A DNA stretch of 64,000 bases from Clostridiaceae bacterium (GTDB lineage Bacteria; Bacillota; Clostridia; Acetivibrionales; DULL01), in the NCBI GenBank assembly GCA_012840395.1, contig DULL01000018.1, positions 5,072-69,071 of the forward strand, read 5' to 3'. The notes under the pieces were generated by a model. That model was not told the origin of the DNA. It ran no database searches and saw only the letters and a list, made by a program, of their open reading frames with translations. Positions 9,844 to 20,468 of the stretch are shown piece after piece (position 1 is the stretch's first letter; every line of letters begins with the position of its first letter). A program made the position numbers and the translations under genes.

Positions 9844-10647
9844 ATGTATGATAAGATTCAAGTACTTATTGCTGATGATAACAAAGAATTCGGAGAAATA
9901 TTAAGGGAATACATTGAGAGCCAAGATGATATCGAGGTGGTAGGTGTAGCAAGAGATGGACTTGAGGCACTTGAAATGATAGAGTCCAAAACTCCTGATG
10001 TTGCAATTCTGGATATCATTATGCCTCACCTTGATGGTTTGGGGGTACTCGAGAGAGTAAATTCCATGCAATTAAAGAAAAAGCCCCTTTTCATTATATT
10101 GTCAGCAGTAGGACAGGATAGCATCACTCAAAGAGCTTTGGCTTTAGGAGCAGAATATTATATTGTTAAACCTTTTGATATGGAGGTTCTGGTTTCCAGA
10201 ATAAGACAGTTGAAATTAAATAATAAAGCTCAGATAATAAGGTCAGATTATTCATCCGATACATCCAGAAGTATGCGTTCCAGTTCATCCAAAAAAAGTC
10301 TTGAAGTTGAAGTTACAAATATTATGCACGAAATAGGAGTACCTGCTCATATTAAAGGTTACCAGTACTTAAGAGACGCTATAATGATGGCAGTGAAAGA
10401 TCTTGATATTATAAACTCAATAACAAAGCAACTATATCCTTCTATTGCAAGATCATACAACACAACACCAAGCAGAGTGGAGCGTGCAATAAGGCATGCT
10501 ATTGAAGTTGCCTGGGGAAGAGGGCAGATCGAAACAATTGAATCACTATTTGGATATACAGTAAATCTTGGCAAAGGTAAACCTACCAACTCCGAATTTA
10601 TTGCAATGATTGCAGATAAATTAAGACTCGAATATAAAGTAAGTTAA
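9844..10647 (+). CDS. spo0A: Sporulation master regulator Spo0A
   Basis: It has an N-terminal receiver domain ([14 protein letters not shown]) and the Spo0A-specific C-terminal DNA-binding domain ([15 protein letters not shown]). Confidence 0.95.
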   Translation: MYDKIQVLIADDNKEFGEILREYIESQDDIEVVGVARDGLEALEMIESKTPDVAILDIIMPHLDGLGVLERVNSMQLKKKPLFIILSAVGQDSITQRALALGAEYYIVKPFDMEVLVSRIRQLKLNNKAQIIRSDYSSDTSRSMRSSSSKKSLEVEVTNIMHEIGVPAHIKGYQYLRDAIMMAVKDLDIINSITKQLYPSIARSYNTTPSRVERAIRHAIEVAWGRGQIETIESLFGYTVNLGKGKPTNSEFIAMIADKLRLEYKVS

Positions 10648-10746
10648 AATACATATAATCTTAATTCGAAAATACATAATTTCCAAATATAATTATTTTA
10701 ATGATTTATATTAGAAATTATAAATTGAAAATAATTGAAATTATAA

Positions 10747-10792
10747 TCCTTGTCATATAAAATACATATATGGACATGGGTTTATTTTTTTT
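10747..10792 (+). terminator. Probable intrinsic terminator after spo0A
   Basis: An imperfect stem (CCTTGTCATATA / TATATGGACATGG) is followed by a long T run at 10781-10792. Confidence 0.65.
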
Positions 10793-10874
10793 ATTTGGAT
10801 ATATACATAAAATAACGCATATGACCTGGACCTAACTTTGTGCAATTGGATAAATTACTAAAGAGGAGAACAAA

Positions 10875-12161
10875 ATGGATAGTAATCTACATAGTGCCTT
10901 ATATGAAGAATTCGGCATAAGCAATGATATTGTTAAATTGTCTGAAAAGGCTGAAAAACAGTCAGAACGCATTTTTTCCCGTATTAATAAAATAAAAGAG
11001 TATAACCAGCTAAAAGTTATCAAGGCAATGCAGGATAATAACCTTAGCGGAACGCATTTTTCAGGTACTACAGGATATGGTTATGGAGACAGGGGAAGGG
11101 AAGTTCTGGATTCTGTTTATGCTGATGTATTTAAAGCTGAGAGTGCACTGGTCAGGCAGCAGATTGTTGCCGGCACCCACGCTTTGGCCATATGCCTGTA
11201 TGGAAATTTAAGGCCGGGAGATGAGTTGCTATCAGTTACAGGAAAACCTTATGACACCCTTGAAGAAATAATCGGAATACGTGGAGCAGGACTTGGTTCG
11301 CTAAAAGAATGGGGAGTAAGCTACAGGCAGGTTGACCTTCTTCCCGAAGGACAAGCTGATTATGACAATATAAAGAGTGCAATTAATGAAAAAACAAAGA
11401 TGGTATTTATTCAAAGATCAAGAGGTTATACCTGGAGACCGTCTTTGAAGATTGATGAAATTAAAAAAATTATTGAATTTGTAAAGAATATCAGGCAAGA
11501 TGTAATTGTAATGGTTGACAATTGCTATGGAGAATTCGTGGAAGAAAAAGAACCTACTGAAGTTGGAGCAGATTTAATTGCAGGCTCTCTCATAAAAAAC
11601 CCTGGAGGCGGACTTGCGCTTACAGGCGGTTACATTGCAGGAAAGAAGCTTTATGTGGAAAGAGCAGCATGCAGGCTTATAGCTCCGGGGATAGGTAGTG
11701 AAATCGGGCCTACACTGGGCCAAAGCAGGCTTTTCTTCCAAGGACTGTTTTTGGCTCCTCATATAGTGGCAGAGAGCCTGAGAGGTGCTGTTTTCTGTTC
11801 TTCATTAATGGAAATGCTGGGACTTGAAACATCTCCCAATTGGGAAGATGAAAGAAGTGACATTATCCAGGGAATAAAATTCGGGAATCCAGATATGCTT
11901 ATTTCATTCTGCCAGGGCATTCAAAAGGGATCTCCCGTAGATTCATTTGTTAGTCCTGAACCTTGGGATATGCCGGGATATGACTGCCCGGTAATTATGG
12001 CATCAGGGGCATTTGTTCAAGGCTCATCCATTGAATTAAGTGCTGACGGGCCTGTTAAGCCTCCTTATATTGCCTATATGCAGGGAGGAATGGTGTATGA
12101 ACATGTGAAGCTAGGTATTATGGTGGCAGTACAAATGATGAAGAATAAAAAAATGCTTTAG
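10875..12161 (+). CDS. YnbB / 'aluminium resistance' family PLP-dependent protein (Cys/Met-metabolism enzyme fold)
   Basis: The 428-aa protein shows the family-typical N-terminal region (GTTGYGYGDRGREVLDSVYADVF) and has a strong RBS, AGAGGAG. Confidence 0.75.
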   Translation: MDSNLHSALYEEFGISNDIVKLSEKAEKQSERIFSRINKIKEYNQLKVIKAMQDNNLSGTHFSGTTGYGYGDRGREVLDSVYADVFKAESALVRQQIVAGTHALAICLYGNLRPGDELLSVTGKPYDTLEEIIGIRGAGLGSLKEWGVSYRQVDLLPEGQADYDNIKSAINEKTKMVFIQRSRGYTWRPSLKIDEIKKIIEFVKNIRQDVIVMVDNCYGEFVEEKEPTEVGADLIAGSLIKNPGGGLALTGGYIAGKKLYVERAACRLIAPGIGSEIGPTLGQSRLFFQGLFLAPHIVAESLRGAVFCSSLMEMLGLETSPNWEDERSDIIQGIKFGNPDMLISFCQGIQKGSPVDSFVSPEPWDMPGYDCPVIMASGAFVQGSSIELSADGPVKPPYIAYMQGGMVYEHVKLGIMVAVQMMKNKKML

Positions 12162-12180
12162 GTAAGCTGGGGAGGATGGC

Positions 12181-13443
12181 ATGGAGAAGGTAAAAAGAAA
12201 AGACAGAAAAAGTAAAACCAATACCTTCTTAGTAGTAATGTTTTTAGTGTTGTATTTGCCTTCCCTGTGGAACTGGATATATGGAACAAGCATAAGCACC
12301 GATATTATTCGGGAAGGAGTAATTGAAGACTCAATCAATACAGATGCATATATTATAAGAGATGAAGAACAAATAATATCCCAGTTTGAAGGTATATATA
12401 TCCCTAAGGCAGGAGAAGGCGACAGAGTACCGGCAAATTACGAGGTGGCTACCGTATTGAACCAGTCTGCCGTGAAATTGCTTGATGATTTAGAGGAAAA
12501 AAACAAGAACCTTCTGAAAATTCAAAACGAAAACCTGGATACTCTAAGTATTTTTAACGATGATATTGAGAAAATTGACAAAAAGATAAATGAGAAAATA
12601 GCAGCCTTAGTTGATCAGATAAATATAAACAATTTGGATTCCTGTAATGGAATTAAGCTTCAAATAGATGAACTTACCAAAAAAAAGATAACAATTCTGG
12701 GAGGTAATATCACCAATAATGCTTATTATAAGCAGCTAAAAAAAGAAAGGGATCAACTGCAGGAACAGGTAGACCAGAATACAAAAGAAATAATTACTAA
12801 AAGTCCCGGAATTATTTCATATAATGTAGACAATTATGAAAGCATTCTTACTCCTGAATCTATTAACAAATTGACGCCAGAATTATTAAATAATATAAAA
12901 ATTAATGATAACAGGATGATGAATGATAACCAGGTAAGTGCAGGAAAACCCTTTGCAAGGATTATTAAAGGAAATACTTATTATTTAGTTGTGTGCCTTG
13001 ATTATAAATTTGCAGAGTTCCTTAAGGAAGGGAAAAGAATATCCGTAAGATTTAATGATATTGGCAAAACTGTTGATACCGCATATATTTATTACAAATC
13101 TGAAGAGATTGACGGAAAGTGTATAGTAGCCATAAAAGTTGACAGATATGCGAATGAAACTTCTGCATTAAGAAAAATCAATATAGATTTGATAAAAGAA
13201 TATAATGAAGGACTAAAGGTTCCTTTAAAGAGTTTAAAAAATGTTGACCTGGAGTCCGGGAAAGCCTATATAGTTATGGTAGAAGCCAATTGTGCTGTTA
13301 CAAGGGAAGTGGCTATAAAAGGAAGCAATAATGACTTTGCTATTATTGACAATCCAGAGGGTTCCGGCAAGAAGTATATAGGCCTTTATGATACATACGT
13401 GGTCAATCCAATAAATATTGAGGAGGGACAGATAATAAATTGA
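12181..13443 (+). CDS. HlyD-like membrane-fusion/adaptor family protein (orphan)
   Basis: It has an N-terminal TM anchor, a long K/E/N-rich coiled-coil segment and a C-terminal beta-rich region. No transporter gene lies next to it. Confidence 0.5.
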   Translation: MEKVKRKDRKSKTNTFLVVMFLVLYLPSLWNWIYGTSISTDIIREGVIEDSINTDAYIIRDEEQIISQFEGIYIPKAGEGDRVPANYEVATVLNQSAVKLLDDLEEKNKNLLKIQNENLDTLSIFNDDIEKIDKKINEKIAALVDQININNLDSCNGIKLQIDELTKKKITILGGNITNNAYYKQLKKERDQLQEQVDQNTKEIITKSPGIISYNVDNYESILTPESINKLTPELLNNIKINDNRMMNDNQVSAGKPFARIIKGNTYYLVVCLDYKFAEFLKEGKRISVRFNDIGKTVDTAYIYYKSEEIDGKCIVAIKVDRYANETSALRKINIDLIKEYNEGLKVPLKSLKNVDLESGKAYIVMVEANCAVTREVAIKGSNNDFAIIDNPEGSGKKYIGLYDTYVVNPINIEEGQIIN

Positions 13444-14141
13444 TGAATAATAATAATACTGATATCGCCTCAAATATTATTAAATTAAAAGAGAGAGTGG
13501 CAAATGCCGCGTTAAGAAGCGGAAGGACTATAAATGATATAAAAATAGTTGCTGTTACAAAAACTGTTGAACCGGAAAGAATAAATATCGCAGTAGAACA
13601 GGGATTGGTTGATCTTGGCGAAAACAGGGTTCAGGAATTATGTAATAAATATGGACAGGTAAACGGTAAGTGCAACTGGCATTTAATAGGCCATTTACAA
13701 ACAAATAAAGTAAAGTATATTGTGGACAAGGTTTGTCTGATTCACTCGCTTGACAGGATGGAACTTGCCGAGGAACTGCAGAAAAGGGCAAGCCAGCATG
13801 GGAAAATTTTGGATGTTTTGGTTCAGGTTAATATCGCAAAAGAGGAAACAAAGTTCGGAATAAATCAGGAAGACGCTGTGGAATTTATTAAAGAAATAAG
13901 TAAATTTGAGAACCTGAAAGTAAAAGGGTTGATGACAATTGCTCCTCTTGTTGAAGATCCCGAAGAAGTAAGGTATGTATTTAGAGAGCTACGCAAATTG
14001 CTTATTGACATACAGATGGAAAATATTAATAATATAGATATGAAGTACCTGTCAATGGGCATGAGCAATGACTTTGAAGTAGCTATCGAAGAAGGTGCCA
14101 ATATAATACGAGTAGGTACTGCAATATTTGGACACAGGTAA
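13443..14141 (+). CDS. yggS: YggS/YlmE-family pyridoxal-phosphate homeostasis protein
   Basis: It shows the alanine-racemase N-terminal fold signature with the PLP-lysine context (VAVTKT). The start overlaps the upstream stop codon (TGATG). Confidence 0.9.
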   Translation: MNNNNTDIASNIIKLKERVANAALRSGRTINDIKIVAVTKTVEPERINIAVEQGLVDLGENRVQELCNKYGQVNGKCNWHLIGHLQTNKVKYIVDKVCLIHSLDRMELAEELQKRASQHGKILDVLVQVNIAKEETKFGINQEDAVEFIKEISKFENLKVKGLMTIAPLVEDPEEVRYVFRELRKLLIDIQMENINNIDMKYLSMGMSNDFEVAIEEGANIIRVGTAIFGHR

Positions 14142-14241
14142 ACAAATTATTACTTTAATGTATTCGTCGTAGGCGGTTAAGGTTTTAGGTAATCTAATGG
14201 GTATTAGGGTGAAAATATACAAAAGAGAAAGGGGTCTTATC

Positions 14242-14709
14242 ATGGCTAAATTACTAAATAAAATGTTAAACCTTGTCGGCTGGGAAGTGGAAGAGGAAGA
14301 AATAGAAGAAGAGAGCACAAAAAGTAAAACTGATAGGACTGAGGAATATGAGCAGCCTCAGTTTTATAATTCCATCGGAGGCTACAAGAAACAAAATCCG
14401 AAAGTCGTGAATATGCACACTTCATCTCAAGTTAAACTAGTTGTGGTACAGCCTGCGGTTTTTGATGATGCACAAAGTATATGTGATCATCTAAAAAACA
14501 AAAAGCCTGTAATTGTAAATCTTGAAAATCTTGAAAAAGATGTAGCACAAAGGATAATAGATTTTCTTTGTGGTTCTGTTTATACTATTGATGGTAATAT
14601 TCAAAAAGTTGCTAACGGAATATTTGTGGTTGCTCCCAGTAATGTGGATATTTCAGGAGATTTTAGCGATGAGTTTAAGAACAAGAATATTTTTTCATGG
14701 GTTAAGTAA
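14242..14709 (+). CDS. sepF: Cell division protein SepF
   Basis: The N-terminus is MAKLLNKMLNLVG and the conserved C-terminal domain is present (VVVQPAVFDDAQSICDHLKNKKPVIVNL). It lies in the yggS-sepF-yggT-divIVA order. Confidence 0.9.
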   Translation: MAKLLNKMLNLVGWEVEEEEIEEESTKSKTDRTEEYEQPQFYNSIGGYKKQNPKVVNMHTSSQVKLVVVQPAVFDDAQSICDHLKNKKPVIVNLENLEKDVAQRIIDFLCGSVYTIDGNIQKVANGIFVVAPSNVDISGDFSDEFKNKNIFSWVK

Positions 14710-14721
14710 CGGAGGAAAATA

Positions 14722-14991
14722 ATGATAATTACTGCTTTCTTAATTGTACTGAGAGTGATTGAATACGCCATACTTGCACGAGTTATTGTGTCCTGGCTTC
14801 CTATCCAAAGATCCAACAGGATAATAATGCTGTTATATCAAATAACAGAACCGATACTTGGCCCCATAAGAAGTATGATTGAAAGATCCTCTGTTGGTAG
14901 GACTATGTTGATAGATTTTTCTCCAATAATAGCTTTTCTTATAATTTCTCTGGTACGGAATATTGTTGCAAGAATAGCTTTGGGAATATAG
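14722..14991 (+). CDS. yggT: YggT-family membrane protein
   Basis: It is an 89-aa two-TM protein in the conserved position after sepF. Confidence 0.85.
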   Translation: MIITAFLIVLRVIEYAILARVIVSWLPIQRSNRIIMLLYQITEPILGPIRSMIERSSVGRTMLIDFSPIIAFLIISLVRNIVARIALGI

Positions 14992-15049
14992 GGGAAAATT
15001 AAATTAGTTATGGACCTTTAGCCATTTTAGGGATAAAGAGGTGAACAAT

Positions 15050-15505
15050 ATGAATTATACACCAAATGATTTGCAAAATATAACTTTTAAGAAGACCCTG
15101 TTTGGATATGGAGAAGATGCAGTAAATGAGGTTTTAGACAAGATTATAGAGGATTATACCCAGTACATACGTGAAAATATAGAGTTAAAGGATAAAGTAG
15201 CTTTGTTGAATGAAGGATTGCAGCATTATAAAACCATTGAGGAATCTCTTCAGAACACTTTACTTATAGCCCAGCAAACAAGTGAAGATATTAAGAAAAG
15301 TGCTTATGAAAAGGCAGACAATATTATCAGGGAAGCAGAGCTTAAAGCCCAGAAAATAATAAATGATGCCAACCAGGAAGTAATCAGGATTAAATATGAA
15401 TATGAAGAACTAAGAAAGAAACTACATGTATTTAAGTCAAAAGCCGAAATTTTACTAAATTCACAACTCCAGATATTAAAACAGATGTTTGAAGAGGAAA
15501 CCTAA
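15050..15505 (+). CDS. divIVA: DivIVA-domain cell division protein
   Basis: It has the N-terminal lipid-binding DivIVA motif (TPNDLQNITFKKTLFGYGEDAVNEVLD) followed by coiled coil. ATG at 15050 follows AAGAGG. Confidence 0.85.
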   Translation: MNYTPNDLQNITFKKTLFGYGEDAVNEVLDKIIEDYTQYIRENIELKDKVALLNEGLQHYKTIEESLQNTLLIAQQTSEDIKKSAYEKADNIIREAELKAQKIINDANQEVIRIKYEYEELRKKLHVFKSKAEILLNSQLQILKQMFEEET

Positions 15506-15611
15506 ATTAAGCAAAAAAATGTCTTAATTATCGTAATATTGACACTCTATCGGAATATATTGTATAATGCTATAATAATTGAGGTAAAAATTTTTGTTAA
15601 ATAATGTAAAA

Positions 15612-15888
15612 GACAATGAATGGAAAGAGTAAAAAGCATGGACCCTCATAAGAGAGCAGGGGTTAGGTGAAAGCCTTGCAGGGAGTGCTTTTGAAAATCA
15701 TCCAGGAGTCGCAGCCTGAAATCATGGATCTATGAAATTAAGGTGTGCCGGGAAACCGTTATAAAATTAAGTGATTAATGATGTTATATTACAGTATTGA
15801 TATTGTGTAATATAATATTCGTTAGTAATTTGGGTGGTACCACGTGAAAAAGTCTTCTCGTCCCTTAGGATTGAGAGGACTTTATTTT
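15612..15888 (+). promoter_or_regulatory. T-box riboswitch (Ile specifier) controlling ileS
   Basis: AGAGA and GGTGAAAG stem I elements are present. The specifier AUC is at 15697-15699 and is followed by a purine. The T-box sequence AATTTGGGTGGTACCACG is at 15827-15844. A terminator at 15850-15888 ends in TTTATTTT. Confidence 0.9.
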
Positions 15889-16012
15889 AGCTCATTTTTA
15901 GTTGTTTGTTTAATAATAATTATTTAACTTGCTTATCATTTATTTTAAAAATCAGAGCATGATAAGCATAAATAAAAAAATGCCGGTGAATAACGACAGG
16001 ATGGTGGTTTTT

Positions 16013-19000
16013 ATGTACAACAAAGTATCTACGAGTTTAAATTTTGTTGAAAGAGAAATAGAAGTTCTGGATTTCTGGAAAAAGGAAAATATATTTCAGA
16101 AAAGCATTGAGGCAAGGGAAGGTTGCCCTGTTTTCACATTTTATGATGGCCCGCCTACAGCAAATGGTAAGCCACATATTGGCCATATACTGACCAGGGT
16201 TATAAAAGACATTATTCCCAGGTATAAAACTATGAAAGGTTATAAAGTATTGCGTAAAGCAGGTTGGGATACCCATGGTTTGCCTGTGGAACTTGAAGTT
16301 GAAAAAATGCTTGGGATTAATGGAAAACCGCAAATTGAAGAATATGGTGTTGAACCGTTTATTGAGAAATGTAAGCAGAGTGTATGGAAATATGAGCAGG
16401 AATGGAGAAAAATGAGTGACAGGGTAGGATACTGGGCAGACATGGATAATCCATATGTAACATACCACAACTCATATATTGAATCTGTATGGTGGTCATT
16501 AAAGAAAATTTGGGATGCCGGGCTGATATACAAAGGGCACAAGATAGTCCCCTATTGTCCCAGATGTGGTACTTCCCTGTCAAGCCACGAAGTTGCCCAG
16601 GGTTATAAGGATGTCAAGGAGCCTTCAATATTTGTAAAGTTCCTGGTTAAAGGAGAAAAACAGCGTTTTCTCATGGCATGGACAACAACTCCATGGACAT
16701 TGCCTTCAAACGTTGCCCTGGCTGTAAATCCTTATGAAACTTATGTCGAAGTTAAATGCAAGGATGAAACTTATATTCTGGCAAAAGCATTGGCTGAGAG
16801 CGTTCTGAAAGAAGAATACCAGGTGATAGAAGAGAAACCCGGTGAAAGCCTTATAGGTATTGAATATGAGCCACTTTTTGACTTCGCAAAAATTGACAAA
16901 AAAGCCCATTATGTAGTAGGTGCTGAATTTGTTACTCTTACCGACGGTACCGGTATTGTTCATATTGCACCTGCTTTTGGAGAAGATGACGCTAAAGTAG
17001 GACGTGACAATGATCTTCCATTTGTTCAGCTTGTAAATGAACAAGGTAAGTTTACTGAAGATGTTACTCCCTGGAAAAATGTTTTTGTAAAGGACGCAGA
17101 CCCTGAGATTATCAAAAACCTTGATCAGAGAAATCTCTTGTATAGGGTCCTGGATTATGAGCATTCCTATCCTTTCTGCTGGAGATGCGATACTCCATTG
17201 CTTTACTATGCTAATGATACATGGTTTATTAAAATGACAGAGGTAAAGGATAAGCTGCTTAAAAACAACAGGAAGATAAATTGGCTGCCTGAAAGCATTA
17301 AAGAAGGCCGTTTTGGCAACTTCCTGGAAAACGTTGTAGACTGGGGACTTAGCCGTTCAAGGTACTGGGGAACGCCTCTTCCTATATGGGAATGCCAGTG
17401 CGGTCACCGCCATGTAATTGGAAGTATAGCTGAACTAAAAGAAATGGGAGAAAACGTTCCAGATGATATCGAACTTCATAAGCCTTTTATAGATAAGGTT
17501 TATCTTAAATGTCCAAAATGTAAGGAAGGAAGAATGAAGAGAGTACCTGAAGTTATAGATTGCTGGTATGATTCTGGTTCCATGCCTTTTGCACAATGGC
17601 ATTATCCTTTTGAAAATGAGGAAATATTTAGAGAAAATTTCCCTGCTGATTTTATCAGTGAAGCCATAGATCAGACAAGAGGCTGGTTTTATACTTTACT
17701 GGCAATATCAACTCTTATTTTTGATGAGCCTTCTTTCCTGAATTGTATAGTTTTAGGCCATGTAAATGATAAAGATGGCCAAAAAATGAGCAAACACAAG
17801 GGTAATGTTGTTGACCCCTGGTCAGTTTTGGATAAACAGGGAGCAGATGCACTGCGTTGGTATTTTTATACAGGAAGTTCACCATGGCTCCCGAGCAGAT
17901 TCTATGACGAAGCAGTAAGTGAAGCTCAGAGAAAATTCATGGGAACTATTTGGAATACCTATGCTTTTTATGTGCTATATGCGAATATTGACAAATTCAA
18001 TCCCTTAGAATACACACTGGATAGAGAAAAATTGTCAACAATAGATAAATGGATATTGTCCAGGTTACATTCGCTTATTGACCTGGTAGACAAGGATCTA
18101 GCAAATTACAGGATAACCGAGCCTGCAAGAGCTGTTCAGGAATTTGTTGATGATCTTAGTAATTGGTATGTCAGAAGAAGCAGAGAAAGATTCTGGCAAA
18201 AAGATATGCCCCAGGATAAGATTAATGCCTTTATGACTCTCTATACAGTATTAGATACGCTTACCAGGCTTATGGCTCCTTTTGTACCATTTATGTCGGA
18301 GGAAATATATCAGAACTTGGTAAGAAACATTAATCCTTCTGCACCGGAAAGTGTACATCTGTGTAATTTCCCGGAAAGCAGGAAGGAATTTATAGATAAA
18401 GAACTTGAAAAGAATATGGACCTGGTTTTAAAGGTAGTAGTCCTTGGGAGAGCATGCAGAAATTCAGCCAATATAAAGAACAGGCAACCTCTGGGGAAAA
18501 TGTATGTTATGGCAGAATTCGAGCTTCCTGAAATGTACAGGGATCTGATAAAAGACGAACTTAATGTTAAGGATATTGTATTTACGGATAATACAAATAT
18601 GTTTACAACTTATCTGTTCAAACCTCAGTTGAAAGTATTAGGCCCCCGCTATGGAAAACTGGTGCCAAAGATAGCTCAGCTGTTAAAGGAAGTGGACGGC
18701 CAGGAAGTAATGGGTGGATTTGATGCAGGAAAAGATTTGGTATTAACAGTTGATGGTACAGAAATATCTTTATCCAAGGAAGATCTTCTCATTGAGGTTG
18801 TCCAGAAAGAAGGCTTCATTACTGAAGCTGAAAAAAATATTACGGTGGTACTTGATACAAACCTCACACCTGAGCTTATAGAAGAAGGTTTTGTCCGCGA
18901 GATAACCAGCAAGATCCAGACCATGAGAAAAGAAGCGGGCTTTGAGGTACAGGACCATATCAGGCTGTATTATAAAGATAATGATAAAATTGCAGAAATA

Positions 19001-19132
19001 ATTGAGAGAAATAAGGAGTTAATTGCAGAAGAAGTACTTGCTGATGAAATAGCTGAAGGAAGCTCAGAAGGCTATAGCAAGGAATGGAATATTAATGGAG
19101 AAACTGTCAGCATGACAGTTGCAAAGGTGTAA
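16013..19132 (+). CDS. ileS: Isoleucine--tRNA ligase
   Basis: HIGH (PHIGHILT) and KMSKS (KMSKHKGN) motifs and a CP1 editing domain are present. The true start is judged to be ATG at 16013 (MYNKVSTS...), because the ORF-track extension runs into the leader. Confidence 0.97.
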   Translation: MYNKVSTSLNFVEREIEVLDFWKKENIFQKSIEAREGCPVFTFYDGPPTANGKPHIGHILTRVIKDIIPRYKTMKGYKVLRKAGWDTHGLPVELEVEKMLGINGKPQIEEYGVEPFIEKCKQSVWKYEQEWRKMSDRVGYWADMDNPYVTYHNSYIESVWWSLKKIWDAGLIYKGHKIVPYCPRCGTSLSSHEVAQGYKDVKEPSIFVKFLVKGEKQRFLMAWTTTPWTLPSNVALAVNPYETYVEVKCKDETYILAKALAESVLKEEYQVIEEKPGESLIGIEYEPLFDFAKIDKKAHYVVGAEFVTLTDGTGIVHIAPAFGEDDAKVGRDNDLPFVQLVNEQGKFTEDVTPWKNVFVKDADPEIIKNLDQRNLLYRVLDYEHSYPFCWRCDTPLLYYANDTWFIKMTEVKDKLLKNNRKINWLPESIKEGRFGNFLENVVDWGLSRSRYWGTPLPIWECQCGHRHVIGSIAELKEMGENVPDDIELHKPFIDKVYLKCPKCKEGRMKRVPEVIDCWYDSGSMPFAQWHYPFENEEIFRENFPADFISEAIDQTRGWFYTLLAISTLIFDEPSFLNCIVLGHVNDKDGQKMSKHKGNVVDPWSVLDKQGADALRWYFYTGSSPWLPSRFYDEAVSEAQRKFMGTIWNTYAFYVLYANIDKFNPLEYTLDREKLSTIDKWILSRLHSLIDLVDKDLANYRITEPARAVQEFVDDLSNWYVRRSRERFWQKDMPQDKINAFMTLYTVLDTLTRLMAPFVPFMSEEIYQNLVRNINPSAPESVHLCNFPESRKEFIDKELEKNMDLVLKVVVLGRACRNSANIKNRQPLGKMYVMAEFELPEMYRDLIKDELNVKDIVFTDNTNMFTTYLFKPQLKVLGPRYGKLVPKIAQLLKEVDGQEVMGGFDAGKDLVLTVDGTEISLSKEDLLIEVVQKEGFITEAEKNITVVLDTNLTPELIEEGFVREITSKIQTMRKEAGFEVQDHIRLYYKDNDKIAEIIERNKELIAEEVLADEIAEGSSEGYSKEWNINGETVSMTVAKV

Positions 19133-20212
19133 ATGAGTAGGGTTGATATTAGGCTTAAAGAAAAGAGTTATCCGATATATATTGAAGATAGCTATGAACA
19201 TCTGCCTGAGTGCATCAGTGCATCAGGAATCAGTGGAAAAATAATGATAATCACAGATTCAAATGTAGATGCACTCCAGTACCATCAATGTTATGAAGCA
19301 CTGAAAGGCTGTAACTGTGAGATATATAAATATGTAATGGCTCCCGGTGAAGAAAATAAGACACTTGATACAATAAAGGAAATTTATAGCTGCATAAAAA
19401 AACACAGGTTTGAAAGAAATTCTGTAATCCTGGCCCTTGGAGGGGGAGTGGTAGGTGATGTGTCTGGATTTGCTGCATCCACCTATCTGAGAGGGATAAA
19501 TTTTATCCAGGTTCCAACTACTCTACTGGCACAGGCTGACAGTAGCGTCGGGGGTAAAGTAGGGGTCGATTTTGAGGGTAGTAAGAACATGGTGGGAGCC
19601 TTCTATCAGCCCAGACTGGTCTATATTAATGTAAACTCGCTGAAAACTTTGCCCCGAAGGCAATTGATATCAGGCATGGCTGAGGTTGTAAAGCATGGAT
19701 TAATTATGGACCGTGAATTTTTTGAATACATTGAAAAGAACATAGATAAAATCCTTGCTTTAGATGTGGAAACCCTGAAATATATTGCCGGTAAAAATTG
19801 CTCACTTAAGGGAAGCATAGTAGAACAGGATGAAAAAGAAACAGGCCTGAGGGCGATACTGAATTTTGGACATACCATAGGGCATGCAATTGAAAGCAAG
19901 ATGGATTTTACTTTACTTCACGGGGAATGTGTTTCCATTGGCATGGTTGGAGCTTTCAAATTGGCTTGCAGACTTGGAATGACCAGCCAGGAAAATGCGG
20001 AAAGAGTGGCAATGCTACTTGAAAGGCTGGGCCTTCCTGTTAATGTTTCCGGCCCTAATGTTGATGGTTTGTATAATCAGATGTTTTTTGACAAAAAAGT
20101 AAAGGATGGACGACTGCTTTTTGTCTTACCCAGAGACATAGGGAAGGTGGAACGGCTTTTTATAAATGATGAGAATTTGATTAAGCAGGTTTTAGGTGAA
20201 ATTATAATATAA
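19133..20212 (+). CDS. aroB: 3-dehydroquinate synthase
   Basis: The nucleotide-binding motif GGGVVGDVSGFAA and the metal-ligand region HTIGHAIE are present. Confidence 0.9.
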   Translation: MSRVDIRLKEKSYPIYIEDSYEHLPECISASGISGKIMIITDSNVDALQYHQCYEALKGCNCEIYKYVMAPGEENKTLDTIKEIYSCIKKHRFERNSVILALGGGVVGDVSGFAASTYLRGINFIQVPTTLLAQADSSVGGKVGVDFEGSKNMVGAFYQPRLVYINVNSLKTLPRRQLISGMAEVVKHGLIMDREFFEYIEKNIDKILALDVETLKYIAGKNCSLKGSIVEQDEKETGLRAILNFGHTIGHAIESKMDFTLLHGECVSIGMVGAFKLACRLGMTSQENAERVAMLLERLGLPVNVSGPNVDGLYNQMFFDKKVKDGRLLFVLPRDIGKVERLFINDENLIKQVLGEIII

Positions 20213-20302
20213 ATATAGGTTAATCAAAAAGAAAAAATTGGATAAAATCATTAGGTGAAATTATTTGGCGAATGAATAAGGTAAAGTCCCAAGATAAATA
20301 AA

Positions 20303-20355
20303 TGTATAAAAAAAAATAAGCCATATATGTTTATAACTATATGGCTTATTTAATT
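20303..20355. terminator. Bidirectional terminator between convergent aroB and mtnP
   Basis: A 12-bp stem (ATAAGCCATATA / TATATGGCTTAT) is flanked by an A run upstream and T-rich sequence downstream. Confidence 0.7.
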
Positions 20356-20468
20356 CTTACGGGTAAGCTTATACCATGAACTTTTTCATAAAGCCCGTTT
20401 TCAAAGCATATTAAAAAGCTTATGTCAATAGTATAGAGAGTATGATAATTTTACTGCTGCTTTTGATG

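Noticed and set aside
15929-16012. An N-terminal 28-codon extension of ileS in the ORF track (TTG start at 15929).
   Set aside because: The extension runs through the leader hairpin and has no RBS. ATG at 16013 gives the canonical IleRS N-terminus.
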